64,000 nucleotides of DNA, taken from contig NC_042999.1 in NCBI RefSeq assembly GCF_006345805.1, forward strand, positions 171,864,001 to 171,928,000, given 5' to 3'. This document shows positions 29,101 through 42,806 of this stretch, piece by piece. The notes beneath the pieces are model-generated. The model was not told the origin of the DNA. It made no database searches and saw only the letters and a list, made by a program, of their open reading frames with translations. Each line of letters starts with the position of its first letter. Position 1 is the stretch's first letter. Both the position numbers and the translations under genes were made by a program. The stretch is from Octopus sinensis. Lineage: Eukaryota.

Positions 29101-29487
29101 TTATATGCTTTCTTAGGTGTCGTTGGGATTGGAAAGTCACAAAGAAATGCGCATTTAGTAATCCTAATATCGCTTCGGCATTAACAAATGAATACACTTT
29201 AATTCAGTATGTCATAACGAAATTTCATTCAGCCTGCCGGCTAACTGTGATGTTGTATGTTTTCCGACGACTGACGGTGCAGTGTGACTTAGCCTGCTCT
29301 CGCCATTGGACACTTGTGACCGACGAAGACAAAGTGACAGAAATGGGCATTTAGTAATGCTATTACATGAGAAACTGACCGATTTATGCACGTGCGTATG
29401 TTCATGTATATGTATCTGTGCTCGTACACATATATGCCTGTGTGTGTGTCTGTGTGTTTCTATATATGTATATATGCGTGTGTATAT

Positions 29488-30133
29488 ATATCTCAAGTCA
29501 TATACGTTATTATTATAGAAAAAATATTCAGTCTTACAGCTGTTTCTGGGATATCCCAGAGTATGAGATCTTCCGTTATCGGTGACAAATAGGGAAAATG
29601 AGAAGGGTATAGATTAATGAAATGACGACAGAGAGGTCAGGAGTACAGGAATGAGAAGATGAAGAAAAAGAAGGAAAAAGAAGCATAAACGTTCACAGTT
29701 CAGCCTTCCGATCGTGTATAAATGAATCCAGAACTTCTTAGGTGCAACCGTGCGTAAATTCATGTGGGTTAAAGTCCTGATAGCGTAAATATTCAGAAAA
29801 AAAAACCCAAACATAGCAATGTTCAATAACAGAATGGTAGTGTATGTGGCCTAAACCACATGGATTTACGCAGGATTGCACCTAAGGACTTATGGAATTA
29901 TTTCTACAAGATCGGAAATTTGAACTGTGTAACTTTATGATTCTTTTTTCTCGTTCTTCATCTCCTTATTCCATTACTCCTGTCCTCTGTGTCATCATTT
30001 CACTAATTTGTAGCCTTCTTATTTTCTCCTTTTTTCTCCGATGACTGAATATCCCATACTCTGGGATATCCTCAAAACACCTGTAAGACTGAATTTCTTT
30101 TCTAATAATAATAATGTATATGACTTGAGATAT
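29488..30133. mobile_element. Diverged fold-back element (~285-bp arms), one hammerhead motif per arm
   Basis: 29488-29774 aligns with reverse complement of 29850-30133; HHR motifs at 29531-29586 (-) and 30034-30089 (+). Confidence 0.88.
29531..29586 (-). ncRNA. Type I hammerhead ribozyme motif (partly decayed)
   Basis: gtca-ccgataa-cggaagatctca tactc tgggatatccca-gaaac agct gta-agac; sister arm supplies ccgatga and gaatatccca/tgggatatcc stem II. Confidence 0.7.
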
Positions 30134-30209
30134 TTGCCTTGCCTTAACGGTTGTTGTCCTCTTTAACAATTATATATCTGCTATAACGGAAATGTTCAAT
30201 GGCTCCGTA

Positions 30210-30303
30210 AATACCTTCTTGGCTATAACCTTGGAGCCATAGTAATCCGTTACAGTACCCAGTCGTTTAGGTAAGAAGTGAAGTAGACTCCCGTATTATA
30301 TAT

Positions 30304-30335
<32 letters not shown>

Positions 30336-30422
30336 ATACGGGAGTCTACTTCACTTCTTATCTAAACGACTGGGTACTGTAACGGATTACTATGACTCCA
30401 AGGTTATAGCCAAGAAGGTATT
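30210..30422. repeat. Near-perfect palindrome (~90-bp arms) centred on (TA)n
   Basis: aataccttcttggctataacc...ctcccgtatta (TA)n taatacgggag...gccaagaaggtatt, about two mismatches. Confidence 0.95.
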
Positions 30423-30452
30423 GGCTATAACCTTAGATTCAAGATCAAAGTT

Positions 30453-30803
30453 AGATTCAAGATCAAATCTAACTTTACTTGTGCCTCTGAAAACATAATT
30501 TATGTCATAAAATGCTCGGGCTGCCACCAAGACTACGTGGGATCCACGGGACTATCACTCAGACGTAGATGCACACTGCATCGACAACAGATTGCATTCC
30601 CAGAATACAGAATGATACCTTTTAGTGAGCACATTGAGAAATGCACAAAGCAACTACTACCACAATTTTTAATCTTTCCATTTTACCAATGTGCTATCGG
30701 ATCATCAACACAAATTAGACTAAACAAGGAAACATTCTTCATTGAAAAGTACAAGCCCAGACTTAAACATGCCAACATACTGATACAGAGAAATTCACAC
30801 TAA
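30453..30803 (+). mobile_element. Penelope-like element GIY-YIG endonuclease domain (5'-truncated, frame open)
   Basis: RFKIKSNFTCASENIIYVIKCSGCHQDYVGSTGLSLRRRCTLHRQQI...SEHI...RLNKETFFIEKYKPRL: IY...YVG motif, catalytic R, H, E and P-L-x terminus typical of PLE endonucleases. Confidence 0.9.
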
Positions 30804-30933
30804 GGGAAAGGAAAAAAATTTTAAGCGATTATCTCTCTTACACCGGAAGAAATCACTCATTACCTCCCTTTATTTAGAACTATTTTAAACATAAACATAA
30901 CGATGACTCTATTCAACATAAACATAACGTCGT

Positions 30934-30972
30934 AAGAAATTTGAAAAGCTAAACGCGAAACCGGTCTTTCTT
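30934..30972 (+). ncRNA. Degenerate minimal hammerhead in the PLE 3' pseudo-LTR
   Basis: aagaaa-tttgaaaa-gc taaac gc-gaaac cg gtc-tttctt: 6-bp stem I, GAAAC..GUC intact, core mutated; 130 bp downstream of the GIY-YIG ORF on the same strand. Confidence 0.6.
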
Positions 30973-31145
30973 CTAAACTATGTCATTGTAAGAGAAAAAA
31001 AAATGTTATATTCTTCAAACATATTGACGCAAATATATATATATTTTAACCTTTAAGCCTTCTGTAGTTTTTTTCACTTTTTACTATTTTCTATATATTC
31101 AACCACGTGCTTTCACAAACCAACTTTCTTGTATATATATAATAT

Positions 31146-31246
<101 letters not shown>

Positions 31247-32003
31247 GGATGGATAGATAGATTGAAATGTGGAACAATAGATATAATCATAGATAGAAGG
31301 ATAGGTAGATATAGATATGTATTTATGTGTGTATGTATGAGTGTATAGTTCCCTAATCGTGATATGCTACTTAGAATTCATTCCATCTTAATATGATAGA
31401 AGATCCAATATATACGTATACACGTTCATGCACAGATACATATCTACACGTATATATGTATACATACTTGTATAGATTTATTACACAAATTTGAGCGACC
31501 AATGATCAATAAAAAAGTCGACCGTCTCATGTCAGCAATCTCATCTAATACATCCTTTATTGCTTCTCAGTTACACAAAGACAAGTGGTTATACACACAC
31601 ACACATATAATATATATGTAAAGTTAATAAAAACTCTATTATCCTAATTAAACATACTACAATCGTATTCTGCAGTCACGACGTTTCTACATTTATTATG
31701 CTTCACGTGTCACACCATAAATTCGTATCAGCTAAATACTTCTGAATAGAGAGAAACACACCTGTTTGGGTAAAGAATTAACAATGCTCGGCTTTATTTT
31801 CACTTTGACTAAGTAAATAGCTACATATTCCCTTAGGTTTTTGGTACACACGTGTATCATTTGTTTTACAGAACGAAATTGGAAGGAAATAATGAATACA
31901 TTACAAATAAGATTTGTCAAATAACAGTTGTTGGTCTATGATTTAAATACAATTATGCGCAAATGTTTCGTTCTCATCACTTCCCTCCTTCTGTCTTTCT
32001 CTG

Positions 32004-32036
<33 letters not shown>

Positions 32037-32041
<5 letters not shown>

Positions 32042-32257
32042 ATCAAAACATGAAAACACAAAGAGAAAAAACAACAACGCGAGGATAGGATGTGGAAGAA
32101 GTATAGTGTTATTGGACGCTCAGGAAAGGAAAGGAAAGAAGGAAGATCTAGCGTTTCGAGCGGAGCTCTTCGTCAGAAATATAGGAAAAGGAAAGATCCA
32201 AAGAAGGGAAGACGGAGGGTAAAATCGCCAACGATACACACGCGGTAACATATTGAA
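32037..32257 (-). mobile_element. Solo pseudo-LTR-like element with hammerhead core, flanked on both sides by (TA)n
   Basis: Minus strand 32146-32180: ttt-ctgacga-a-gagc tcc gctc-gaaac gctag; ~220-bp unique block embedded in TA tract. Confidence 0.65.
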
Positions 32258-32385
32258 TATATATATGTATGTATGTATGTATGTACATATATACACATAC
32301 TTCCATATACATATATCTATATATATGTGTGTATGTATGTAAATGTATGTATGTGAGGATGTATATATTATATATATACATACAA

Positions 32386-32444
<59 letters not shown>

Positions 32445-34438
32445 GTATGTAGATGTTATAAGTCGGTTCAGCAGCCAATATATGAACAGTGAATTACTTG
32501 TCAATGAGTCGTAAACGAAAGATGTTATTCACATGTCGCGATATTTAGCTGTTTCCAGGAACAATAAAATAAAATGGAGTGAATGTTTGGAAGAAGTTTC
32601 ATAAATCCAATTCTAATGTTGTCATGTTATATGAAAATATACAAAAACCTTTGAAAATGATTTTCGTTGGGTTACATTCAGTGACATTTTCCAAATTCAC
32701 AGCGTGAGCAGATTTGGTTTTAAAAGTAAACAATTCTATGAAGGCACACGAGAAAGACCGGCAAATTGGAAAGGGAAAGTAGAGTTTGTGTCAAATTACT
32801 CTGGACAGAAAGCGATTATATTATATTTATGGAAAGTTGAAATATAGAAACTTTAATAGACATTAAAATAACAAGATAACTATGTTTGCTGGTTTGTATA
32901 ATTATTGAAATCACAAGAAAAATATTTGCTTATTTGTTTCGCTAAATTATGATCTGAGATTGAATCCCACTGAGATGACCATCCCTTTAGGCTTGGTAAA
33001 TTTTCGTTAATCTGCTATGAATTTACATGACTAACTCCCTCCACGAAGTTTCTGGTCTGTTATTCATATTAGATAGATATGGAAATAAACAGCTGATAGT
33101 TTACTTCTACTATTTATTTCTATATCTAGTTTGCTAACTCACCTGAAATATTTACATAAAATGAGTTAACTTTTGCTTGAGGATACTTAACTAATTAAAC
33201 TGCTCGGAGCACCTTATAACTTAGTGAAGTTAGATATTTCGAAATTAAATCTTGACAAATTCAATTATTTAGGTAAGCACAAGCGAATGAATGAGAACTA
33301 TTTGCAAGAAAAGCTATAAATTTTAATAAATAAAATGGTTATATGTATGTTAGAAAGATTCATTGCCTCAATAAGAAGAGATATCAAATAGGTTAAGAGT
33401 TCGTACACAAATTAACATAGTTATAAATATGTTTGTGTGAATGATGGCGAACAATTTGAATGAGAGAGTCCCAGTTAAAGCAGTGAGGCAAACTTTAAAG
33501 TTTTATCTACTGTTTTAATTGTATATCGAAGACATAAGTTAGAATGTAACAATTTTGAATAATTCGGCGAGTTTATTAAAGAAGAATATATTTGGTTTAA
33601 TTAAATAACTATCGGTTTGCGAATAGAGATAATATAAAATCCAAAGTGGAAACGAATGAGGTGGGGGAGTAATGGAAATGTGAAATTTAAATTCATTATC
33701 ATAGTTTAGGTAATTAAAGTTATAAACAAATAAGATATAATGCACTATTTCTTTTCAGAAATAATTGGAAGCATTCGATTACAACCAGGAAATAATTCCA
33801 TAAATTTGAGAGTGGTACATTCTTAATCTTAGCGTTAGTTTTCTTTAACGAACGTTTATTAAGCAATGCCATATCCTTTATTTGTATTCCTGAATTGAAT
33901 GTAAATTTTCTTGACAAATTTAACTTTATATTCTTTTTCAGAGCAAAATAAACTTGCTTAAAAATGAATTATTCAGTCTTGTGTTTAATATCTCGTTAAG
34001 ACTAATATCCTTGGAGGTTAATACTCATTAACGCTATTCGTATTTCATTTCTAATAACAAGTTGTGATGCGTTGATAGATAAATCTCTTACTCGTTTCCG
34101 ATACAACGCCGTTGCTATTGTAAATTTCATAAATGTCCACCATTTTATGAGATAGAAATATATTTATCTTTTTATATTCCTGGTATTTTAAGTATTATTT
34201 GATTAGGGAAGAATTGTTAAATTTTAATAAAATACACTTTATTGAAAACTAAAGATTTTTTCTCTCCGATATAGGTATTATTTTTATTGGTCTATAATTG
34301 CGTGGCTGTAATCAATTTTGGTGGATCATGACATTCGTTACTAGAGAATTGGCTTTGACAGTGTAGCAGCTGAAATGCATACAGTTCTGCATAAAATAAA
34401 GTAGTCAAATCTTTTTGGACAGGCCACTACATTTGGAG

Positions 34439-34511
<73 letters not shown>

Positions 34512-34530
34512 TGTATGTATGTATATATAT

Positions 34531-34798
34531 AAAGGGTAAGGGTAAAGACCCCCTCGGTCATGAATGACCATGGGATTGCACCTAGAAAGTTACCCTCCTA
34601 GACACAAGTCCGGGCAAGGTTGTTTATGGAAGACCAGCAGTCGCCCATGCATACCGGCCTCCTCTCTCCACGCCACCAGTATTATCCAAGGGAAAGACAA
34701 AGGTCGATACAGTTTGGCACCTGTGACGTCGCAACTCCTTTCTACAGCTGAGTGAACTGGAGCAACGTGAAATAAAGTGCCTTGCTCAAGAATACACA
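34531..34798 (-). mobile_element. 5'-truncated SINE family D
   Basis: Minus strand begins ttcttgagcaaggcactttatttcacgttgctccagttcactcagctgtag (SINE central-domain-like) and ends in (taccct)n abutting TA repeats. Confidence 0.6.
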
Positions 34799-35478
34799 TA
34801 TCACTTTTTCTGAATAATTGCTGCTGTGAAGGTAAAAATTTATAGAACAGATTAATTGGGTTTATTACTGAGTTGAAATTGTAAAGCGCATTCTAAATAT
34901 AATGCCAAAGAATTCCCAAATAAATATCTATGTAATTGCTTGCTTGCTTAATTACTGCAAATTGTTTCGTTCCAAACTAAAAGATTATATATGAAAGGAA
35001 AACAAAATATTATTTACAATTAGTGAACTGTATGAAGACGGGCATGGTTGGGTAAATGCTCATGTGGCTGAGAGGTTAAGCTGGCAGAGTGAAAGATGCA
35101 TGTGGTTATATATAATTTCTAGAAAATATAGAATGTCTGTATAAGCATTAGTGGAAGTGGAAGAAACGCATGTAAATGCGAGCGATTTTTAGTCGAAGCA
35201 AGATAGTCGTTTGAAGGAGAGAATCTAAAAGTATAAGGTGAAGTGTGTTAGATTTTACTGATGTTAGCCAATATAAAATCAAATTCAATCAAGTTTTGAA
35301 ATGTAGTTAGGCATAAAGAAAAGACAAGATAGTGGGGAGTACTGATTAGTATGAGATTGAACATACATAGGAATATATTACATATGTCAGTTTTAAAATG
35401 TATTCAATGGTTCATACCTCAACAAATATAGATATTTGAATAGATAACCATAGAAACATAGATACATTAAACAATATA

Positions 35479-35509
<31 letters not shown>

Positions 35510-35623
35510 TAATGGTGCTAGTGCTTTGTGTGACTTTTCGAGTCGCTGTTGACTGTTACTTCTAGGTAACGGACCACCTATATTATATTCAATATATTAG
35601 TTTTCATTGTATGTATAATATAT

Positions 35624-35673
<50 letters not shown>

Positions 35674-35682
35674 TATATATAT

Positions 35683-35774
<92 letters not shown>

Positions 35775-36396
35775 TATATATATGGTGTGTGTGTGTGTGT
35801 GAGTGAGTGTGCGTATAGAAACACCCACACAAACCTAAACGCACTTATATATAAGTAAATGTGAGTTCAGTATAATATGCAATAATTTAAATGAAATAGA
35901 GGATAAGGAAAAAATAAAACAAATTAATTACAACAATTAACTCGGCTTCTAATCGTATATTGATAACATCATTTAGAATTGAACGTGTTATCCTTGAGTG
36001 GTAAATGATTTACGTACAAAGGTAAGGGGAAATAATTGGAAGAATTAAATAACGGAAATTGCTGAAAATGTAATGGCAAAGTGTTGTGTATGGGAAATTC
36101 AAACTGAATAAATGTAAGACAGAAAGAGAAAATACAACGTGAGCGAAAGATAATGACAACTAACATGAAAGCATTTCATTGAGTAGTGTCATATCAGATT
36201 AGTAAATGAATAAATGTATATGTGTATATGTATGCGCGTGAGCGATTGTGCCCGCACGTGCGTGTATGTATATGTATATACATATATATACACATGTGTA
36301 TGTGTGTGTATACATATTATACATATATACATATACACACACAAACATATATATATGTGTGTGTGTGTATACATAATATATATGCATAAATACATA

Positions 36397-36785
36397 AGCG
36401 CAGGCGTAGCTGTGTGGTAAGAAGCTTGCCTCCTAGACGCATGGTTCCGGTTTCAGTTCCATTGCGTAGCACATAGCCTCAGGCTGACCAAATCCTTGTG
36501 AATGGATTTGGAAACTGAAAGAAGCCCGTCTTATATGTACATATATGTGTGTTTGTATATGTGCTCTTCGTGTCCGTATTTGTCCCCGACCACTGCTTGA
36601 CAACCGGCGTTGGTATGTTTACATCGTCGGAACTGGCGGTTCGGCAAACGTGAGTGATAAAATACATATCAGGCTTAAAAATATAAATACCGAGGTTGAT
36701 TCATTCGACTAAAAACATTCAAGGCAGTGCCCCAGTATGGCTGCAGTCTAATGACTGAAACAAGTAAAAGACCAAGGATAAAAGA
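36397..36785 (+). mobile_element. SINE family A, diverged copy
   Basis: gcgcaggcgtagctgtgtggtaag head through ggcagtgccccagtatggctgcagtctaatgactgaaacaagt tail. Confidence 0.85.
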
Positions 36786-36825
36786 CACACACGCACACAC
36801 ACATACACATACGTATATTTATATA

Positions 36826-36908
36826 TATAGTCAATTCAAATAAAACAGAGAAAAAGAATTATGGTGCTTCAGCATGACCACAGCCGCATGGCTGAGATGA
36901 GTAAAAGA

Positions 36909-36944
<36 letters not shown>

Positions 36945-36964
36945 CTATTCTACTCTTTGACCCG

Positions 36965-36997
<33 letters not shown>

Positions 36998-37080
36998 TCT
37001 TTTACTCGTGTCAGCCATGCGGCTGTGGTCATGCTGGAGCACCATATTTCTTCTTCTCTGTTTTATTTGATTTGACTATA
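36826..37080. repeat. Palindrome of two convergent LINE/SINE 3' tails across a (TA)n centre
   Basis: tatagtcaattcaaataaaacagag...gagtaaaagagt (36826-36910) is the reverse complement of ~36996-37080. Confidence 0.9.
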
Positions 37081-37175
37081 TATAAGTACTCACATAAATG
37101 AATAGATGTATGTGTACATGGATCAATTTGTATGCTTAGGTTTAAATTAAGTAACGATTGTATATATATATATAT

Positions 37176-37410
37176 ATATTTCTTTACTACCCACAAGGGG
37201 CTAAACAGATGGGGAACAAACAAGGACAGACAAACGGATCAAGTCGATTGCATCGACACCAGTGCGTAACTAGTACTTAATTTATCGACCCCGAAAGGAT
37301 GAAAGTCAAAGTCGACCTCGGCGGAATTTGAACTCAGAACGTAACGGCAGACGAAATACGGCTTCGCATTTCGCCCGTCGTGCTAACGTTTCTACCAGCT
37401 CGCTGCCTTG
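37176..37410 (-). mobile_element. SINE family B
   Basis: Reverse complement of the 28919 copy with longer 3' end. Confidence 0.9.
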
Positions 37411-38158
37411 TAGCGAGTATATATAATAAATAACGACATAAAAGGATGTTCAAATAAAAATCTACATCCCAGATTATCGATTATACTGTGAGATATTTGT
37501 TTGATTGACAGGAATAAGATTTGGATCAACTTTAATAAATTAAGTTATGGAAAGATATTAACACTTAGTGAATTAAGTTTAGTAATTTTATATAAATTTC
37601 CCAAAATATGTTAATGTTACTACTAATCTATAGGTATAATAATACTGCGAGATATGAGAATAAAGGAGCGAAAAAAAAAAACTTAAGCAATTTGCAAAAA
37701 TTAGACTGTTTACAAGGATTCTGTTATTAGATAATCTTTAAGAAAGTTGGAAGTTTACGAGTACAAGGTTACACTAAAGAAATCATAGCTGTAAATTGCG
37801 CCAATATAAACTTACGATGTATATATGCAACAGGTATAACATGAATGATACGAGCACTCTTTTTCATGAAATGGTGAGATGGAGACGGTTAGTTTAGAAC
37901 TGTCGGCAATGAGTAAAGTTTGTTGTAAGTTGTGTTAAATTTAACTCTTTTAAATGCATACAATAAAGAAATGAACGTATCTTTAGCATTGTAAAATATA
38001 ATTCAGTGTATATCAATTTGATCTACGTGAGTGTATGCAATAGGCGTTACTTTTTATGTGTTGAAGTTTAATATATGAATATCCAATATATGATATAATA
38101 TGTATATAGCATAATATATGTACATAGACACACAAACACAATGACATAGAAATATGTG

Positions 38159-38207
<49 letters not shown>

Positions 38208-38274
38208 ATAAGGAGAGTGAAATGGAAAGGCAGTGAAGTGAGAGAAGAATATATTGGTAGATAAACTACGTTAT

Positions 38275-38357
<83 letters not shown>

Positions 38358-38950
38358 TCGTGCTCAGAGACTGGTCGGAGTTGCATAATTATGAATTTAT
38401 TTCATCTCCCTACTATCGCCAACTTTAGTTTTATGTGCCGCTTAGCAAATCTAGTTCCACTATCGGTTAATCACTTAGACAGAAGGAGATGCGTGGACAT
38501 TTCATACAAATACCAGTCTCCTCGGTTATGTATATCGCTTACCATTGCAAATGTAAATAAACGTCGGCACTTATAGGTGAATGAACGAAAGTAGATTTAC
38601 AGACATTATGGAAGCATTATAGCATTAAAACAACCAGGCGGCACGAACATAAAGGTATGTTTCTAATTAATAATTTGCTATTATTTACAAAAGGTGTTCA
38701 CAGAAGGATATACGGTTTATCACACGTATTTAATTTCAGAAGTCCCCCGTCTAGTATTGTTTGTTTCGCTATGAAATCTACTTTCGTTTTATTTATTTAA
38801 ATATTTTTATGTATATCTTTCCTTATCCATCTACGCTTCCTCTTTCTCTCTATTTGTCTATCTATCAATTAATCAATCAATCAATCAAACAATCAATCAA
38901 TTAATCAATCAATCGATCTATCTGTCTTTCTGTCTGTCTCTATGTATATT

Positions 38951-38985
<35 letters not shown>

Positions 38986-39344
38986 TTGTGTGTCTGTCCG
39001 CCTGCTTACGTACCTGACTATCTGTCTATCTATTTATCCTTAAGCTGTCACACACTCTACTCCGTTTCCTCGTTTTATATAAGACTATTTACCAATATAT
39101 ATACGCTTACGATCGAGTGTATATAAATATATGTGCACACACATACACGCATATGCACATCATTGTGTGTATGTGTTTATATGAATGAATTTCAGTGTGT
39201 ATTTACGTAAATATCTTGTGATTGTCTTTCTGTTTTCACTCCTACGTTGTCTCCTGCTTGCACACACGAAAGTATAAATATTTCAAATGACTGTATCCGA
39301 GAATATATGTCTACATCACCCACCCCCACACATTCGCAGGCACA

Positions 39345-39382
39345 CACACACACACATATATGTATTATGTATATGTATAGGC

Positions 39383-39433
<51 letters not shown>

Positions 39434-39555
39434 TATATATGCATAATGTGTATGCACATATATGTATATATACATATGTATGTGTATATATATATATACA
39501 TGCTTATATATATATATATACATATAAGTATATGCAAACATGTATATGTATATAT

Positions 39556-39595
<40 letters not shown>

Positions 39596-40063
39596 CATAT
39601 AAATATACAAAATGTATATGTATATATATATATCTATATATAAACGTATATGTATATATGTATATATATATATATGTATGTTTGTATATATATTATGCAT
39701 GTATGCGTAAATAAATAAATAAATAAATATATATATATATATATAATTAAAAGCCGACTGCACATAAATACAAACAAGCAAACATGCGTGAGCGCATTTG
39801 CGTGTTCGCTGCGTGCATGGGTTTGTGCATGTGCGTTTGTTTGTGTGAGCTGGCACGTGTTTCTCCGTTGTTATCATTAAAACATGTCGCAGCCAATTCA
39901 ACTGGAAAAAAAGTGTATACAGCAAAAAAAATGATAGCGATTTCGTGTCGATACTTACTACTCTACTGCAAATAGAGCTACAATATTAGCAGCAACAAAA
40001 ACAACAGTTACTACTAGTATATGCAATAATAATAACAACAACCACAACAACAACAACAACAAC

Positions 40064-40120
<57 letters not shown>

Positions 40121-40415
40121 CAGCAACAACAACAATAATAATAATAACAATAACATCATCAATTGTAACAACAGTGCTAATACAACTACGTTTATTTTTC
40201 TTAAGATTGCCACTAGAACTAGTTACAATGCAGTGAGTGTCTCTACTAATAATTTCTGTACAACAAATCCGACTACTACCAGTCTGCTAAAAGAGGTGCC
40301 GCGAACAATTTCGTTATAGTGTGTGTACGTGTGTCTGTGTCTATATATATAAATATTTATATATATTGGTGTGTGTGAGTATGTTGTGTATGTCTGTATA
40401 TATATAATATATATA

Positions 40416-40482
<67 letters not shown>

Positions 40483-40790
40483 AATACATATAGTGTATAT
40501 ATATAATATATGTATAAATTATATCTAAATATATACATATATATACATATACATACACCACACACATATATATATATACAACTATATACACATACATATA
40601 TACATGCACACATACATACTATATCTGTATCTCTATATATAGATACATATATTTATATGGGTGTGAGTGTGTATGTGAACATTTATGTATGTATATGTAT
40701 ACATATGCACACACAGACACACGCATACTGTTATGATGTGTGTGTGCTGTAGATATATATATTTATATATACATGCATATAATTATGATT
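39345..40790. repeat. Large low-complexity field of (TA)n/(TG)n/(AAT)n/(AAC)n
   Basis: Direct reading. Confidence 0.9.
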
Positions 40791-41309
40791 CTTTCTTCAT
40801 CATTACATTTCGTTTTATACCATATAACATGATGTAAGATATATTAAAATATCAAAGATTGAAATGTTACAAATTTCTTCTTTATGCACAATCACGAGCA
40901 CGGTGTTGCATATAAATACGTTTACATAGACGCACGCGTATATAGCACATGCACACATGCGCACTCACACAGACGTACATGCACTCTCGTATAATAACAC
41001 AAACGGTAAAATATTTTTATTATTTGTGTGCCTGTGTTTACATACATTTAGGCTTACAGACATACACTGACACACACAAATGCACAAACACACTCACACA
41101 ACTCACACACAGATATATACAAATACACAGTTCACATGCCAACATACACGAAGATTTCTAAGTCTACGTATATGAGATGTATCATGTGAAACTGTAGGGT
41201 ACGTACGTATGAGACAATGAATTTATGATCAATATTATTTCATTCAGAAGATTCCCATGCAGAATAAGAATTACCATTGCAAGATAAATATTATTATTTG
41301 AAGTCAAAA

Positions 41310-41635
41310 TATCCTGCCGAGGTCAGCTTTGATATGCTTCCTTTCGGAGTCGACAAAACAAGTACCAGTAGAAAACTGGGGTCGATCTAATCGACTTACT
41401 CTGGCAACCGAATTTGTTGTCTTGTGCAAAAATTTCAAATACATATTTCCAAGACAAATTCTTTTATACTTTTATTCTTCAGTCATTTAACTGCGGCCAT
41501 GCTGGAGCACCGCCTTTTCGTCGAACAAATCCACACCAGGATTTATTCTTTGTAAACCTAGTACTTGTTCTATCGGCCTCTTTTGGCAAACCGCTTAGTT
41601 ACGTTGACGTTAACACACCTACATCGTTTGTCAAC
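41310..41635. mobile_element. SINE B fragment (+) tail-to-tail with SINE A 3' half (-)
   Basis: gccgaggtcagctttg..ctttcggagtcgac (B core) then cagtcatttaactgcggccatgctggagcaccgcc (A tail, reverse). Confidence 0.7.
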
Positions 41636-42595
41636 ATACATAAATGTATACATTTGTGTATGCGCGCGCGTACATGTGATTATGTGTATATGTTATGGTC
41701 GAATGTGCATCATGTATCCTTCACGTACACACATACTCACAAAAACACACATGCACGCAACACAAGCACACACACACAAAACACAAACATGCTCACACAC
41801 AAACACCTACATACAGAAAGCCGGTTGCATTCGTAATAATGAAATCGTAAACGTAGGTATACATTTAACTTAAACTTCCTAAGTCTGCGCAAAAACTAAA
41901 AGAAACATACGCTTATCCAAAATTATTGCAATATTAGAAAATATAGGGTAAACAAGACACACAAACGTGAAGAAGAAATATTCATACACAGATTTTAGCA
42001 TTATATGATAATATATAAACATATATCCTTTGGTAAAAAATACATGTGTGTGTGTGTGTCTCTGTGTCTATGTGTTTGTGTCTATGTATCTGTGTGTGTG
42101 TGTGTATTTCTATGTGTGTATATGTATGTGTCTATGTTTGCGTATGTGATAAGAATACACAATGAGATGTCGGGAAAAGAAACAAAGCACGTCGCCTGAC
42201 AGAATTCTTTAACAAACTGTGAAAAAGTTCCTCACGTAAATTACTCCCTTCCTTTTGCCCATATCCAAAGTATATAGGAAACATGCGGACATTCTTTTCT
42301 CGCTCATAGCTTCGTTTTGCAGCACCTAAGTGTATTTCAGTTATACTAGTTCCTATTGTGTCACATATAAAGGTATATACATTAATTAATTGCATGCTAT
42401 CAGCAGCATAACTGTGCAAATTGAGTTATCCACTATAGTACTAGCCCGCCTTCTAACTGCTCCCTGAGGAGTTGTCAAGAAATCATGAAGTTATGCGTCA
42501 ACAGAATACTCTGTCGATTACAACATATGAAACATCATAGAAAGAATCTGTTTACATTCATACTTGTTCTAAGTTATGCGTTGTGACATTTACAT

Positions 42596-42640
<45 letters not shown>

Positions 42641-42745
42641 TTGAATAAAATGGTAAGGCAACTTAGGAATGAAAGATACCTCGATATTATGATAACAGAG
42701 GAGTTTATCTGTAAATGTAATATGTGGTAATTATTCGGTAGCCAT

Positions 42746-42806
42746 GATTAAACTCCGAGTTTCGGATGCCGAGGTGGAAATCCGCGCCTCCATCTCTCCA
42801 GTTATC
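42746..42806 (-). ncRNA. Degenerate type I hammerhead within a unique block next to (TA)n
   Basis: gataa-ctggaga-gatg gagg...cctc ggcatc c-gaaac tcgga gtt-taatc. Confidence 0.55.
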
